Origin: Veleropilina oligotropha
Taxonomy: Eukaryota
DNA length: 64,000 nt
NCBI GenBank assembly: GCA_048128005.1
Contig: JBEUKZ010000127.1
Coordinates: 186,001 to 250,000 of the forward strand
Direction of reading: 5' to 3'
The notes beneath the pieces were generated by a model, which searched no databases, was not told where the DNA came from, and was given only the letters and a program-made list of their open reading frames with translations. The position numbers were made by a program, and so were the translations under genes. Each line of letters begins with the position of its first letter. Positions within the stretch are counted from its first letter, which is position 1. Shown here in pieces: positions 12,401 to 25,593 of this stretch.

Positions 12401-15400
12401 TGGGGAGCTTATGGGAAGTCATGGGTAAACTTTCGAAAATGACCTTGACCTTTGACCTCAGTGACCTAATTAGCGAAAAATTGCCGAACTCGGAAAAACC
12501 GCAGGGGATGGAGTGCAATGGGTAGTGGGAACGTATTTGACATCGCATTTCCAAGATGGCGGAAATCGGACGCCATTATGGAAATTGTTTCAAGGGGCTG
12601 TATCTTGTAAACGGTGCATCTTAGACATATAGTTACAATGGGGAGCCTATGGGAAGTCATGGGTAAGCTTTCAAAAATGACCATGACCTTTGACCTCAGA
12701 TGACCCAGTTAGCTGTAATTGACCTAATTCCATGATTTTGGGGGTAGAAAGCTGAAATTTGGTTTGCAGGTAGATATGGTGTTTATTAAGCGCCTGTACA
12801 TTTTTCAGCTAGGTGGCGCCACTGGTTCGGCAGTAATTGACCTAATTCCATGATTTTGTGGGTAGAAAGCTGAAATTTGGTTTGCAGGTAGATATGGTGT
12901 TTATTAAGCGCCTGTACATTTTTCAGCTAGGTGGCGCCACTGGTTTGGCAGTAATTGACCTAATTCGAAGATTTTTGGGGTAGAAAGCTGAAATTTGGTT
13001 TTCAGGTAGATAATTATGGTGTTCATTAAGCGCCTGTAAACTTTTCAGCTAAGTGGCGCCACTGGTTCGGCAGTAATTGACCTAATTCGATGATATGGCG
13101 GGTAGAAAGCTGAAATTTGGTGTGTGGGTAGATGCTGTGTTTGCGAGTGCCTGTAAACTGGTCCCTGAATTGGAGCCCTAACAGCTGCTTGCAGCTTTAA
13201 TTATTATTATTATTATTCTTATTATTCCGGCTGAGTTTGTACCAGTGATAACTTCCAAACCGCTTAAATCAAAAACTCTAAAATTGGTAAACATGTAGCT
13301 ATGGTACTGAAGTTGTAACGCACTTAATTTCTGCTATGCGGCGCCACTGGCTTAGCGGCAATTAAGGTTTTTTCTTTAAAAAAGCACCTTTTTATACCAT
13401 CTTCTTCGGCCAAACGGCTGAAGTGAGGTACGCGATGTTCCTAAATAATGATCTTCACTATGTGAAGAAAAAAGTTTGAAAGCGAAAATGTTATCGGAAC
13501 AAAAGCAAGGCAGTTACGGCCATCTGAATCTCTCAATAATTTTGAAAAAATCACACTTTTTTACATCGGCTATAACTCTTATTCTGCTTTAACTATAGTC
13601 TTCAACCTTCGCTGAGTGGTAGACGCTTTCTGTAAGTTAATTTTGCTACAAAGAAGATATTTCTGCGTGATGTGGTTAAGCCGCCATCTTGGATTGTTTG
13701 AAAAACTTCAAACGTCATTTTCCCTGCAGTCGTCGGTCCGATCACAATGAAACTTCGTCGGTGGGAACGTTGTGTTATGTTCTTATAAATGTATAATAAA
13801 CCAAAAAATAACAGTATGAAAATATTAAGAGCAAAAGTCATTTGAAATTTAAAATTTCAATTAGTCGTATCTTCCTTAATATTTAATTATTTGAAACGAA
13901 ATAAAGTTCATTATGAACACATCAAATTTATCTATCGCAATATACAAAAAAGCTATCACTTATTTAAGTTAATTTAAAGATATAGACATTTTTTGACATC
14001 ATTTTGTAACTGCTATAACTTAGGTTGTACGGGGACCATCGAGTGGTAAATTTAACACTAGTGCCATCTTAGGGGAAATAATATATATGCATATTTTCGA
14101 ATAGTTGGGACTGGTAATACTGCAAAAAGACTGTATTTTTTATGTAGTGACTATATCTGGCTGGCTTAAAGTAATTTATTACCCTGTGTCAACAAAGCCC
14201 CATGGTCTTGTATTGACATTATGGCCACCTAGCATTTATGATGTTATCATCAATGAAGTTGTGGCATTTTATGATCTGGTCTTGCAGATGTCGTAAAGGC
14301 TGCCTGGTGTAGGCAGTTTATGATGCTGATTACTCAGTCCCAGTGACCAGTTCTATATATTTAGGGCTCCAAGCTTTAGCTCGCTTGGAGCCCTATTGAT
14401 ATTATCCGTTTTGTTATTATTATTAATCCGCCGATTTTTGTGGCAAGGATACTCAATAACGGCTACAGCTACAGGCTTCATATTTGGTATATAGGTGCAT
14501 ATAGTGGTGATGCTGAAACGTGAATTTTTTTTTTTCGGTGGTGGCGGTGGTTTGGCCGCCATCTTGGATTTTGCTCGAAATTTCAGCACTTTTAAAAAAT
14601 CTTCTTCTCCGAAACGGCTGAAGCGATCGGTTTGAAATTTGGTGAGGGTCTGTAGTACTAGTATAGCTATTTATATTGCGTGGGATTAGTGCTTCCGGTC
14701 ACGTGGTACGGGTGGGTTTGGCGGATATCTTGTTTGACTTAATTCAAATAATGACCAACAAAGTCGGCTGTAACACCCCACTTGTCAGCGACAAAGTTGT
14801 AGCATAGATCCTTAGACATAACTATTTGCAATTTCCGGTTTCTGGGGTGAGCGGTTCACTTCCGATAGAGCAACCCATTTATGAAATCACATAATTTCTA
14901 CTTTCACTTTCTAACTTCTTTAATTTTTAACTATATGAAACGCAAAACAATTTATTGGTTCATATCAAAGTTATCAAATATAATATGAATAATAAACATC
15001 ACTAAAATGAGTTTTTTTGAAGTTATTAAGCAATGATCTTTGATATTATAGACCTCAATAACGTCGCTTGTAAACATCATAATGAATTAAAATTTTCAGG
15101 GATATTATACTTTATTAAGATCATTATTTGTGGAAATTTTGGTATGTATATCATCAATATCTCTGACTTTATCAGACAACTGTTTTATTATCAGTAAGGC
15201 TATTACAGCCAGCTGTTGCAGAGGTCATAAAATCTGCCCGCTCCCAGTCATTTATGGTCTTGTTTCATTAAGAGCCAATTAAGGACAGCCAGGATCACAG
15301 AAGACACAGGCAACAACAGTCATAAAACCCTGCAGAAGGAAAAATATTCTGGAATCGCATCATTTCTACTTTCACTTTACAGAAAGTGACTTGGACGACT

Positions 15401-16292
15401 TGGACGCCATTACTGAAAATGTTTCAAGGGGCTATATCTTGTAAACGCTGCATCTTAGACATATAGTTACTATAGGGAGGTTATGGGAAGTCATGGGTAA
15501 ACTTTCGAAAATGACCTTGACCTTTGACCTCAGTGACCTAATTAGCGAAAATTTGCCTAACTCGGAAAAACGCGAGGGGATGGAGTGCAATGGGTAGTGG
15601 GGACGTATTTGACATCGCATTTCCAAGATGGCGGAAATCGGACGCCATTATGGAAATTGTTTCAAAGGGCTGTAACTTGTAAACGGTGCATCTTAGACAT
15701 ATAGTTACAATGGGGAGCCTATGGGAAGTCATGGGTAAGCTTTCGAAAATGACCTTGACCTTTGACCTCAGATGACCCAGTTAGCTGTAATTGACCTAAT
15801 TCCATGCTTTTGAAGATAGAAAGCTGAAATTTGGCTTATAGGTAGATGTGATGTTTATTAAGAGCCTGTAAACTTTTCAGCTAGGTGGCGCCACTGGTTA
15901 TGCAGTAATTGACCTAATTCGATGATATGGCGGATAGAAAGGTGAAATTTGGTTTGTAGGTAGATATGGTGTTTATTAAGCGCCTGTACATTTTTCAGCT
16001 AGGTGGCGCCACTGGTTCGGCAGTAATTGACCTAATTCGAAGATTTTTGGGGTAGAAAGCTGAAATTTGGTTTGCAGGTAGATATGGTGTTTATTAAGCG
16101 CCTGTAAACTTTTCAGCTAAGTGGCGCCACTGTTTCGGCAGTAATTGACCTAATTCGATGATATGGCGGGTAGAAAGCTGAAATTTGGTGTGTGGGTAGA
16201 TGCTGTGTTTGCGAGTGCCTGTAAACTGGTCCCTGAATTGGAGCCCTAACAGCTGCTTGCAGCTTTAATTATTATTATTATTATATATTATT
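6498..16292 (+). repeat. 9.8-kb composite array of Helentron-associated (HINE-like) elements with internal about 118-bp and about 240-bp tandem units and kb-scale block duplications
   Basis: Hairpin starts ttagggctcc...ggagccct at 6498, 6559, 6616 and 14361. Ends ggagccctaacagctgcttgcagctttaatt at about 10323, 13172 and 16240. Blocks repeated (7125-8030 vs 14430-15330; 10360-11375 vs 13220-14230; 8050-8690 vs 11673-12295). Confidence 0.75.
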
Positions 16293-16554
16293 AAACTTGG
16301 GTTATATCTGGATCTATTGTCAGAAAGATACAGTGACCATGTTTTTTTGCAGAATGGATGAAATTTGCTTCAGTGTTAATACTGTTATCTGTATACCACT
16401 GTTTAAGATGTTGATTTAACAGAATGGTGAAAATCTCGCCTTCTGCATGTTCAATATATTTGATTATCGACATTGGACAAGGTCTTATTGTCACAACAAT
16501 CCTTACCAAGTTTGGTGAAGAGGACTGAAATCTTTATCTATGTATAAAACTTAC

Positions 16555-16696
16555 CCATCAGACCACAAAATCTATCAAATGTCCTTGGTATTCGCGTTTG
16601 TGGGTTGATCTCTATGAGAACATTTTTTTCTGTGTGGATGTAAACTTGCAGTAAACCGGCTCTGTTTAGTGGACTGTCCATTAACATCAATAAACA
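16555..16696 (-). CDS. EMG1: EMG1 coding exon 3
   Basis: cag|[47 protein letters not shown]+g|gtaag; 142 nt. Confidence 0.97.
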
Positions 16697-16767
16697 CTGG
16701 AAAAAGATAACACTATTTAAATTAAACACAATGAAAGAGTGATGTGATTAGCAATACATACATATAC

Positions 16768-17630
16768 CATGGTTCGTACAAAAATAGCCACATGAAATTC
16801 AAGGACTATTCAAGGACTTCACAAAAATTTTCAAGGACTATTTTTTTCAATGCAAATCAATATATAATGTGTCTGATATATGCAACTTGGAACAGTGATA
16901 ATTATAAGTACATGAATAAAAGGCACATTATTCAACTTCGTGTTAAACTTGAATTAAAAATGATTATAATAATTTTAGGTGCGACTTCAGTGCACGTTCG
17001 CCCATTTTAGCAATGTCGATCGTTTTGTTGCACCACGCGCACATAGCTTTATGTTTGTCAGTTTTTACTTCCCGTATCCACGATGCATATTCCACCTGCG
17101 CAAGCCAATTTCCATTAAAAATGCATATCCTGCCATATCCGCTGTAAATTGTTGATTAAAATTATATTATTTACACGTTATTGACAAAATTTCCTTCATA
17201 TTTCGCGAATAAAATCGAATAAACACATTGTCGGTCAAGGGAGACAACTTTTGTCTTCAATGTCCGACTGTTTTCGCCATTATCTACTAGTTCCGAGACT
17301 CAACGGAAATCAACGAGTTAGTGTTAAACTTGACATTCACAAAAATCGAAGATTTCCGAATCTATTTATTCTGTCCAAATGCAAATCTGTCCAGATAAAT
17401 GGTGACCGACTTCACGGCGAACGAAAACAGACGCAAGTACCATAAAGTTAATAAATATAACTAAGATATAGGAATGCCAAAATATAAAAATTAGTTACCA
17501 TGATGATATTCAAGGACTGTTCAAGACTGTTTGGTCATATTCAAGGACTTTTCAAGGTTATTTTCAAATTCAAGCACTTTTCATTATAGACGGTCAAATT
17601 CAAGTACTTTTCAAGGTTGTGCGAACCATG
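16768..17630. mobile_element. MITE with 5-bp TSD (hAT5-like)
   Basis: TIRs catggttcgtac / gtgcgaaccatg, TATAC on both flanks, subterminal ttcaaggac repeats at both ends; family assignment is inference. Confidence 0.75.
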
Positions 17631-18195
17631 TATACATGTACTAGTTTGTTTATTGTTCCAGTCATAACCCCCCGAGTACATGATGATCATTGTTTCATCA
17701 TGAAATAAGACAGACTGTTAGATATATAACATACGGAATCTAGGAGTGAGAAGGCGGAGAGCCAGTCAAATTATTATCAGTGAAGTCAATCATGAATGCA
17801 CCCTGCCGTTAATATATGAGAGCAGGGACAATAACGAAGATTATGAATGATGCACCAAGGCATTTGCTCTCTTCATCTATAACTACATATACAGCGTCAG
17901 TTCACATAACTCTAGTTTCATTATCATGGAGAAACGAAATTTTGTTTTTTGTTCAAACATGGACAGAAGTCTGCGAAGTGTAGAACATTATGGGTCAAAG
18001 TGAACAGGTTTTTCATTATTTCAGTCATAACCCTCCCAGTACATCATTTCATCATTAAGTAAGACAGACTGTTAGATTGTTAGAGATATATATCATATGG
18101 ACTCCAGACTTGAGAAGGAGAATGGGTCAGTCAAATCATAATATCCCTACTGGTATATAAAATTAAACGGTGATGTTGACCAGGCCATATCTGAC

Positions 18196-18297
18196 CTGGT
18201 GTGTGATATCCGGTCTGCATTGTGATATGTCACGCTTGAACCGTTTTCCTATGGACTTGTGTCGATCACAGTTTAACAACTCAAATATTTTGCCAAC
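18196..18297 (-). CDS. EMG1: EMG1 coding exon 2
   Basis: cag|VGKIFELLNCDRHKSIGKRFKRDISQCRPDITHQ|gtcag; 102 nt; conserved LLNCD and RPDITHQ motifs. Confidence 0.95.
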
Positions 18298-18921
18298 CTG
18301 AAAGTAAATAAAATATCTGTACCATTAATTTATAATGAGCATGAAGTGCAAGCACTATAGACTAACACGTGAAAATAAAGCAAAATCTTGACTAAAATCG
18401 TAATCCCTCCATACTGCCATAAAAACAGAAATAACAAGCGCATCCGAGTGGAAGCATATTTGAGCCATAATAAAGTCATCGTGCACATACACCACCACAC
18501 AGACAGCCTCAATACAATAGTTTATCCTTAAACGGCTCAACTAATAAAATCGGTGCATTCTGGCATGTCGGGGATTGTTTTTGCAAATTTGTGAGCTTGT
18601 TCGACTATGGGCAATATCATAGGATATTTTATTTATTTATTTGTCAAGAGTGTTTGCACTTGCATATAGCAGACAAGTAGTGCCTGTCATAATCAACAAA
18701 TTCCGTTGAAGTTTAAATATCAAAATAGTGCACAATCGTTAGCGTAAATCTTTCTTGTCTTGTACTCCTTCAGGGTGATTCCTGCTTAGATTAGGCCATG
18801 AAATGGTCCAAGGTCAAAATACATTGATATCAAGTGGTAATACTCAGCGGTACTAGACTCGGTGCACTAATATCCTGACCATTTTCAACCATTATGTTTG
18901 GTCTTCATCAGAGGAATGTGC

Positions 18922-19976
18922 TGTCTGTGTTCTGAATGATGCTGGGTCCTTGTATACCCTGTCTGTGTTCTGAATGATGCTGGGTCCTTGTATACCCCGC
19001 TGTGTTCTGAATGATGCTGGGTCCTTGTATACCCTGTCTGTGTTCTGAATGATGCTAGGTCCTTGTATACCCTGTCTGTGTTCTGAATGATGCTGGGTCC
19101 TTGTATACCCCGCTGTGTTCTGAATGATGCTGGGTCCTTGTATACCCTGTCTGTGTTCTGAATGATGCTGGGTCCTTGTATACCCCGCTGTGTTCTGAAT
19201 GATGCTGGGTCCTTGTATACCCCGCTGTGTTCTGAATGATGCTGGGTCCTTGTATACCCTGTCTGTGTTCTGAATGATGCTGGGTCCTTGTATACCCTGT
19301 CTGTGTTCTGAATGATGCTGGGTCCTTGTATACCCTGTCTGTGTTCTGAATGATGCTGGGTCCTTGTATACCCCGCTGTGTTCTGAATGATGCTGGGTCC
19401 TTGTATACCCTGTCTGTGTTCTGAATGATGCTGGGTCCTTGTATACCCCGCTGTGTTCTGAATGATGCTGGGTCCTTGTATACCCTGTCTGTGTTCTGAA
19501 TGATGCTGGGTCCTTGTATACCCTGTCTGTGTTCTGAATGATGCTGGGTCCTTGTATACCCTGTCTGTGTTCTGAATGATGCTGGGTCCTTGTATACCCT
19601 GTCTGTGTTCTGAATGATGCTGGGTCCTTGTATACCCCGCTGTGTTCTGAATGATGCTGGGTCCTTGTATACCCCGCTGTGTTCTGAATGATGCTGGGTC
19701 CTTGTATACCCTGTCTGTGTTCTGAATGATGCTGGGTCCTTGTATACCCTGTCTGTGTTCTGAATGATGCTGGGTCCTTGTATACCCTGTCTGTGTTCTG
19801 AATGATGCTGGGTCCTTGTATACCCCGCTGTGTTCTGAATGATGCTGGGTCCTTGTATACCCCGCTGTGTTCTGAATGATGCTGGGTCCTTGTATACCCC
19901 GCTGTGTTCTGAATGATGCTGGGTCCTTGTATACCCTGTCTGTGTTCTGAATGATGCGGGGTCCTTGTATACCCTG
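18922..19976. repeat. 37/38-bp minisatellite (about 28 units, two interspersed variants)
   Basis: ctgtgttctgaatgatgctgggtccttgtatacc followed by ctgt or ccg. Confidence 0.97.
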
Positions 19977-20228
19977 TGAAGTTGTGATCCGGTGGATATC
20001 TGGTAGTTATCCGGCATATCAAAAGAAAACTCAAACATGTATTGTTTGAGTGAACACCTTCATTACGTTAGACTGAACAGCCCACTGGAGTACACATCAA
20101 GCTAACTCATCACTCATTCTGTTATACGCTTTTCAACATCATCCATATTCTTCACGGAGATCCGGATAGTCCGTACTTCAAAACATGGAGAAATAAGATT
20201 TGAAGAGAGGCAACAATGGATGTTCCAC

Positions 20229-22654
20229 CTCTATACGGTATATACATTCAAACCCGCCGGTCTCAGCTGCCGTGACCTCACCAGTGACTAGTATCTCCTC
20301 TATACGGTATATACATTCAAACCCGTCGGTCTCAGCTGCCGTGACCTCACCAGTGACTAGTATCTCCTCTATACGGTATATACATTCAAACCCGCCGGTC
20401 TCAGCTGCCTTGACCTCACCAGTGACTAGTATCTCCTCTATACGGTATATACATTCAAACCCGTCGGTCTCAGCTGCCATGACCTCACCAGTGACTAGTA
20501 TCTCCTCTATACGGTATATACATTCAAACCCGTCGGTCTCAGCTGCCGTGACCTCACCAGTGACTAGTATCTCCTCTATACGGTATATACATTCAAACCC
20601 GCCGGTCTCAGCTGCCTTGACCTCACCAGTGACTAGTATCTCCTCTATACGGTATATACATTCAAACCCGTCGGTCTCAGCTGCCGTGACCTCACCAGTG
20701 ACTAGTATCTCCTCTATACGGTATATACATTCAAACCCGCCGGTCTCAGCTGCCTTGACCTCACCAGTGACTAGTATCTCCTCTATACGGTATATACATT
20801 CAAACCCGTCGGTCTCAGCTGCCGTGACCTCACCAGTGACTAGTATCTCCTCTATACGGTATATACATTCAAACCCGCCGGTCTCAGCTGCCTTGACCTC
20901 ACCAGTGACTAGTATCTCCTCTATACGGTATATACATTCAAACCCGCCGGTCTCAGCTGCCTTGACCTCACCAGTGACTAGTATCTCCTCTATACGGTAT
21001 ATACATTCAAACCCGCCGGTCTCAGCTGCCTTGACCTCACAACTCTATACGGTATATACATTCAAACCCGTCGGTCTCAGCTGCCTTGACCTCACAACTC
21101 TATACGGTATATACATTCAAACCCGCCGGTCTCAGCTGCCTTGACCTCACAACTCTATACGGTATATACATTCAAACCCGTCGGTCTCAGCTGCCTTGAC
21201 CTCACAACTCTATACGGTATATACATTCAAACCCGTCGGTCTCAGCTGCCTTGACCCCACTGCTCTATACGGTATATACATTCAAACCCGCCGGTCTCAG
21301 CTGCCTTGACCTCACAACTCTATACGGTATATACATTCAAACCCGTCGGTCTCAGCTGCCTTGACCTCACAACTCTATACGGTATATACATTCAAACCCG
21401 TCGGTCTCAGCTGCCTTGACCCCACTGCTCTATACGGTATATACATTCAAACCCGTCGGTCTCAGCTGCCTTGACCCCACTGCTCTATACGGTATATACA
21501 TTCAAACCCGTAGGTCTCAGCTGCCTTGACCCCACTGCTCTATACGGTATATACATTCAAACCCGTCGGTCTCAGCTGCCTTGACCCCACTGCTCTATAC
21601 GGTATATACATTCAAACCCGTCGGTCTCAGCTGCCTTGACCTCACAACTCTATACGGTATATACATTCAAACCCGTCGGTCTCAGCTGCCTTGACCCCAC
21701 TGCTCTATACGGTATATACATTCAAACCCGTCGGTCTCAGCTGCCTTGACCCCACTGCTCTATACGGTATATACATTCAAACCCGTCGGTCTCAGCTGCC
21801 TTGACCCCACTGCTCTATACGGTATATACATTCAAACCCGTCGGTCTCAGCTGCCTTGACCCCACTGCTCTATACGGTATATACATTCAAACCCGTCAGT
21901 CTCAGCTGCCTTGACCTCACAACTCTATACGGTATATACATTCAAACCCGTCGGTCTCAGCTGCCTTGACCTCACAACTCTATACGGTATATACATTCAA
22001 ACCCGTCGGTCTCAGCTGCCTTGACCTCACAACTCTATACGGTATATACATTCAAACCCGTCGGTCTCAGCTGCCTTGACCTCACAACTCTATACGGTAT
22101 ATACATTCAAACCCGTCGGTCTCAGCTGCCTTGACCTCACAACTCTATACGGTATATACATTCAAACCCGTCGGTCTCAGCTGCCTTGACCTCACAACTC
22201 TATACGGTATATACATTCAAACCCGTCGGTCTCAGCTGCCTTGACCTCACAACTCTATACGGTATATACATTCAAACCCGTCGGTCTCAGCTGCCTTGAC
22301 CTCACAACTCTATACGGTATATACATTCAAACCCGTCGGTCTCAGCTGCCTTGACCTCACAACTCTATACGGTATATACATTCAAACCCGTCGGTCTCAG
22401 CTGCCTTGACCTCACAACTCTATACGGTATATACATTCAAACCCGTCGGTCTCAGCTGCCTTGACCTCACAACTCTATACGGTATATACATTCAAACCCG
22501 TCGGTCTCAGCTGCCTTGACCTCACAACTCTATACGGTATATACATTCAAACCCGTCGGTCTCAGCTGCCTTGACCTCACAACTCTATACGGTATATACA
22601 TTCAAACCCGTCGGTCTCAGCTGCCTTGACCCCACCAGTGACTAGTATCTCCTC
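20229..22654. repeat. Polar minisatellite: 69-bp units (20229 to about 20990), then 55-bp derivative units
   Basis: Core ctctatacggtatatacattcaaacccg(c/t)cggtctcagctgcc; the 69-bp unit ends ccagtgactagtatctc and the 55-bp unit ends cacaa or ccactg. Confidence 0.97.
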
Positions 22655-22778
22655 ATTTCTGTCAAAAGGCATAGAGTCAATGAAATTACCAGGTTCTTGA
22701 TGTAAACAACCTAGCTGGGAATGGGAGAAGGAATTTTTATCACACAGTAGTATCAAATTTTGTATAAATAATTAGTTT

Positions 22779-23665
22779 AACTAGAAATATGTTCCCCGGA
22801 ACATAGATATGCCCCGGGATGAAGACACCGGATGCCGCACTTTGCCAATAGCTTTATGACTATCAAACACGTATTTATATCTTTAAACAAGGTAATTGTT
22901 AACAACCACTCCAACCATTGTTCAGTCATATTATACTCAGGCCCCCTGTTTAACATCTCTATACCACATGATTTTATCTATCCTAAATGTTGTACGTCAT
23001 ATCACGAAGGATGTTGGTGGCACACAGGAACTCCACTCATTGGACAAACCCGTGAGTGAATTGATGTGCATGTACGTAATTATATTAAATTCCATTCAAC
23101 ATCAGTGTCAGAGTATCAGCAGGCATCCATATGTGCATTACCAATGCACATGTATGCAAAGAAGAGCCTTAAGCAACACATATGCGACCATTGAAAAACG
23201 TGAACCAAAATTTCTATGTCCACAAACACCAATTTCAGGCATTATTTATTTTAAATTCCACTCAATATCAGTGTTAGAGTATCAGGTGACATCCATATAA
23301 CCATTATCAATGCATATTTAAGAAAATAAGAGCATTGAGCAACCCATATGTGCCCAATAAAAAACTTTACCCAAAATTTCTAAGTCCAAGAACACTAATT
23401 TCAGGCATTAATTATATTAAATTCCATTCAATATCAATGCCATTGTATCAGCAGGCATCCATATAACCACTACCAATGCACATGTATGCAAAGAAGAGCC
23501 TTAAGCAATCATATAAGCCCAATGAAAAACTTTAACCAAAATGTCTATGTCCAAAAACACCAATTTCGGCATTATTTATATTAAATTCCATTCAATACAT
23601 GCAATATCAGTGCCACAGTATCAGCTGACATTCACATAACCATTATAAATGCATATTTAAGCAAA
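22779..23665 (-). mobile_element. HINE-like element with central about 170-bp satellite units, left part (resumes at about 58709)
   Basis: Starts aactagaaatatgttccccggaacatagatatgcccc (hairpin plus subTIR); tandem units aaaactttaaccaaaatttctatgtcc...; breaks mid-unit at gcatatttaagcaaa. Confidence 0.6.
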
Positions 23666-23670
23666 CTAGA

Positions 23671-24740
23671 TAACAAGTGATGGGGTGCCATCACAGTGGG
23701 CCCCGCTCCACCAATATAACTCGCCATTCATATGTGAGCAATAATTGTTATATATGCAAAAATAGAAGATAAATTTACATTGACCATTTGATGAAGCTTA
23801 TGCTGTTGATACTCCAAAATCATTATGCACTCGATATTTCCAACAGAAAAGCTATACATGATGATATTGTGTCACAAACTGTTACCTCTCTCACCTTGAT
23901 GTACGTGTAGTCAGAGACAGACAGAAACTAAACATTAAATCATATGAAAAAATGAACTATTTAATACCAAATGTAAGCTTTAACCAAACACCTTAACCAA
24001 GATATTTTATGCAAAATTCCCTCCAATATTCATTAAACATGTCAAATTCCTTTCAATGATACCACTACAGCATGTAGGAACATTCCCTTGTTCATTTATT
24101 AGCATACATATAGAGCTAAGTTTGTTAACAGAAGCGTTAACCTGAACCTTAACCAAATATGCAACGGAGCAGAAGCTTTAAGCTGGCACATTAACCAAGT
24201 CATTTTCTATTGAATATTCTGCAAATTTTTTTTACAAATATCTTTCATGAAATTGCATCTACTAGTGATATCCAAGCATTTAACTTTGTCAAAACATCAA
24301 ATCTTGGAAAAATGCTTCAAGTAGAAGCTTTAACCTGGTACCTTAACCATAAAATTTTCAAGTAAATTCCTTCAATACATGCAATATCAACACTACATTT
24401 TCAGGAAGGATTCATAATAGTGATACCTTTGACAAAAAAGTGCCTTTATCAAACAAAACATATCAAAATATGAAGTATTAGCACCAAATGGAAGCTTTAA
24501 CCAAACACCTTAACCAAGACTTTTAGAGCTTAATTCCCTTCAATGTCCATTAAACATGTCAAATTCTTTACACTAATGCCACTAGAGCATGTAGGAACAT
24601 TCTCTTGTTCATAATCATTTATTGCCATACATTCAGGGCAAAGTGTGTGAACAGAAGCATTAACCTGAACCTTAACCTGAACCTTAACCGGATGGACGGA
24701 AAAGGTGATCACTAGAGGGCCGCCTATCGGGCCCTAATAA
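23671..24740 (-). mobile_element. Nested HINE-like element
   Basis: aacaagtgatggggtgccatcacagtgggcccc ... ggatggacggaaaaggtgatcactagagggccgcctatcgggccctaataa (hairpin, gggccc subTIR, GGAC repeat), with internal ccttaacc units. Confidence 0.6.
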
Positions 24741-24804
24741 GCTAACCTTGATCAATTGAGGAGAGTGATAATAGACACTGGAAACAGTCTGATCTTTTAA
24801 TGGC

Positions 24805-25036
24805 AATAAGAAGGTTTTTAAGTAAACCTAGTATTAGTTAGAATATACTTACGTCATTACCAATGCCATAATAGCCATATTATCGCTAGACCGGAAACTG
24901 TGAAACACGCTTTCACTTTCTCTTAAATCTTACACACACTTACCTCCCCTGCTCACCCTCTATGTTCCTCTCCCGAGATCTGCCCAAGTCTCGCGAGACC
25001 TCAGAGACTACGACAGAGCGTATCAATTTTAAGTCA
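24805..25036 (-). repeat. DIRS B 3' inverted terminal repeat plus 3' extension
   Basis: 24832-25036 is the reverse complement of 57521-57726, including the diagnostic gagactacgacagagcgtatcaa; 24805-24831 is unique to this end. Confidence 0.92.
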
Positions 25037-25111
25037 GAGGAATCTACAGTGCGTAGAGGAACTTAGCAAGAGGGGTTGGAAGGGAATGTAATGAGCAGGG
25101 TGGGTAGACGT

Positions 25112-25201
25112 GTAATGACGTAGGTATATTCTAACTAATACTAGGTTTACTTAAAAACCTTCTTATTAGTAGCAATATACTCTACGTCATTACCAATGCC
25201 A
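25112..25201. repeat. DIRS internal complementary region (ICR)
   Basis: gtaatgacg...aaaaaccttct-TATT-agtagcaatatactctacgtcattaccaatgcca is the complement of the element's 3' end fused to the complement of its 5' end. Confidence 0.92.
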
Positions 25202-25593
25202 GAATCAACTTGGACGGTCGGCTAAGTTCTAAAGAAATTAATACCCAAACAAGTTACTTACTTGTCACCATGGAGTCAGCTTGTACAGTTGTAGTGCCGA
25301 ATCGCGTCCGCTCAGGATGGAATTACTGAGTATTATAATTCTACCCGTACCTCCGACTGAATTTTGACCAGTGAACATGGGAAAAAATGCCAGAAGTGTT
25401 AGTCGGACAAGGTGACGCGAAAGTGCAATCAGCCCCAGGCAAGGCCGGAGGATAAATCCTGTAGGTCTTAGATGACATGGACCGAAGCAGCTTTCAGTAA
25501 ACCCTGGGCGTCTAGGCCGGTAACCAAAAGATGCAGTCAACTTGCGACAAACATACAGCACCTAAAACAGTCAGGGAGAAATGTCTGTTTTAG

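Noticed and set aside
18892..21144. ORFs of 314-380 aa resembling mucin or repeat proteins
   Set aside because: Entirely derived from the 37/38-bp and 69-bp minisatellites
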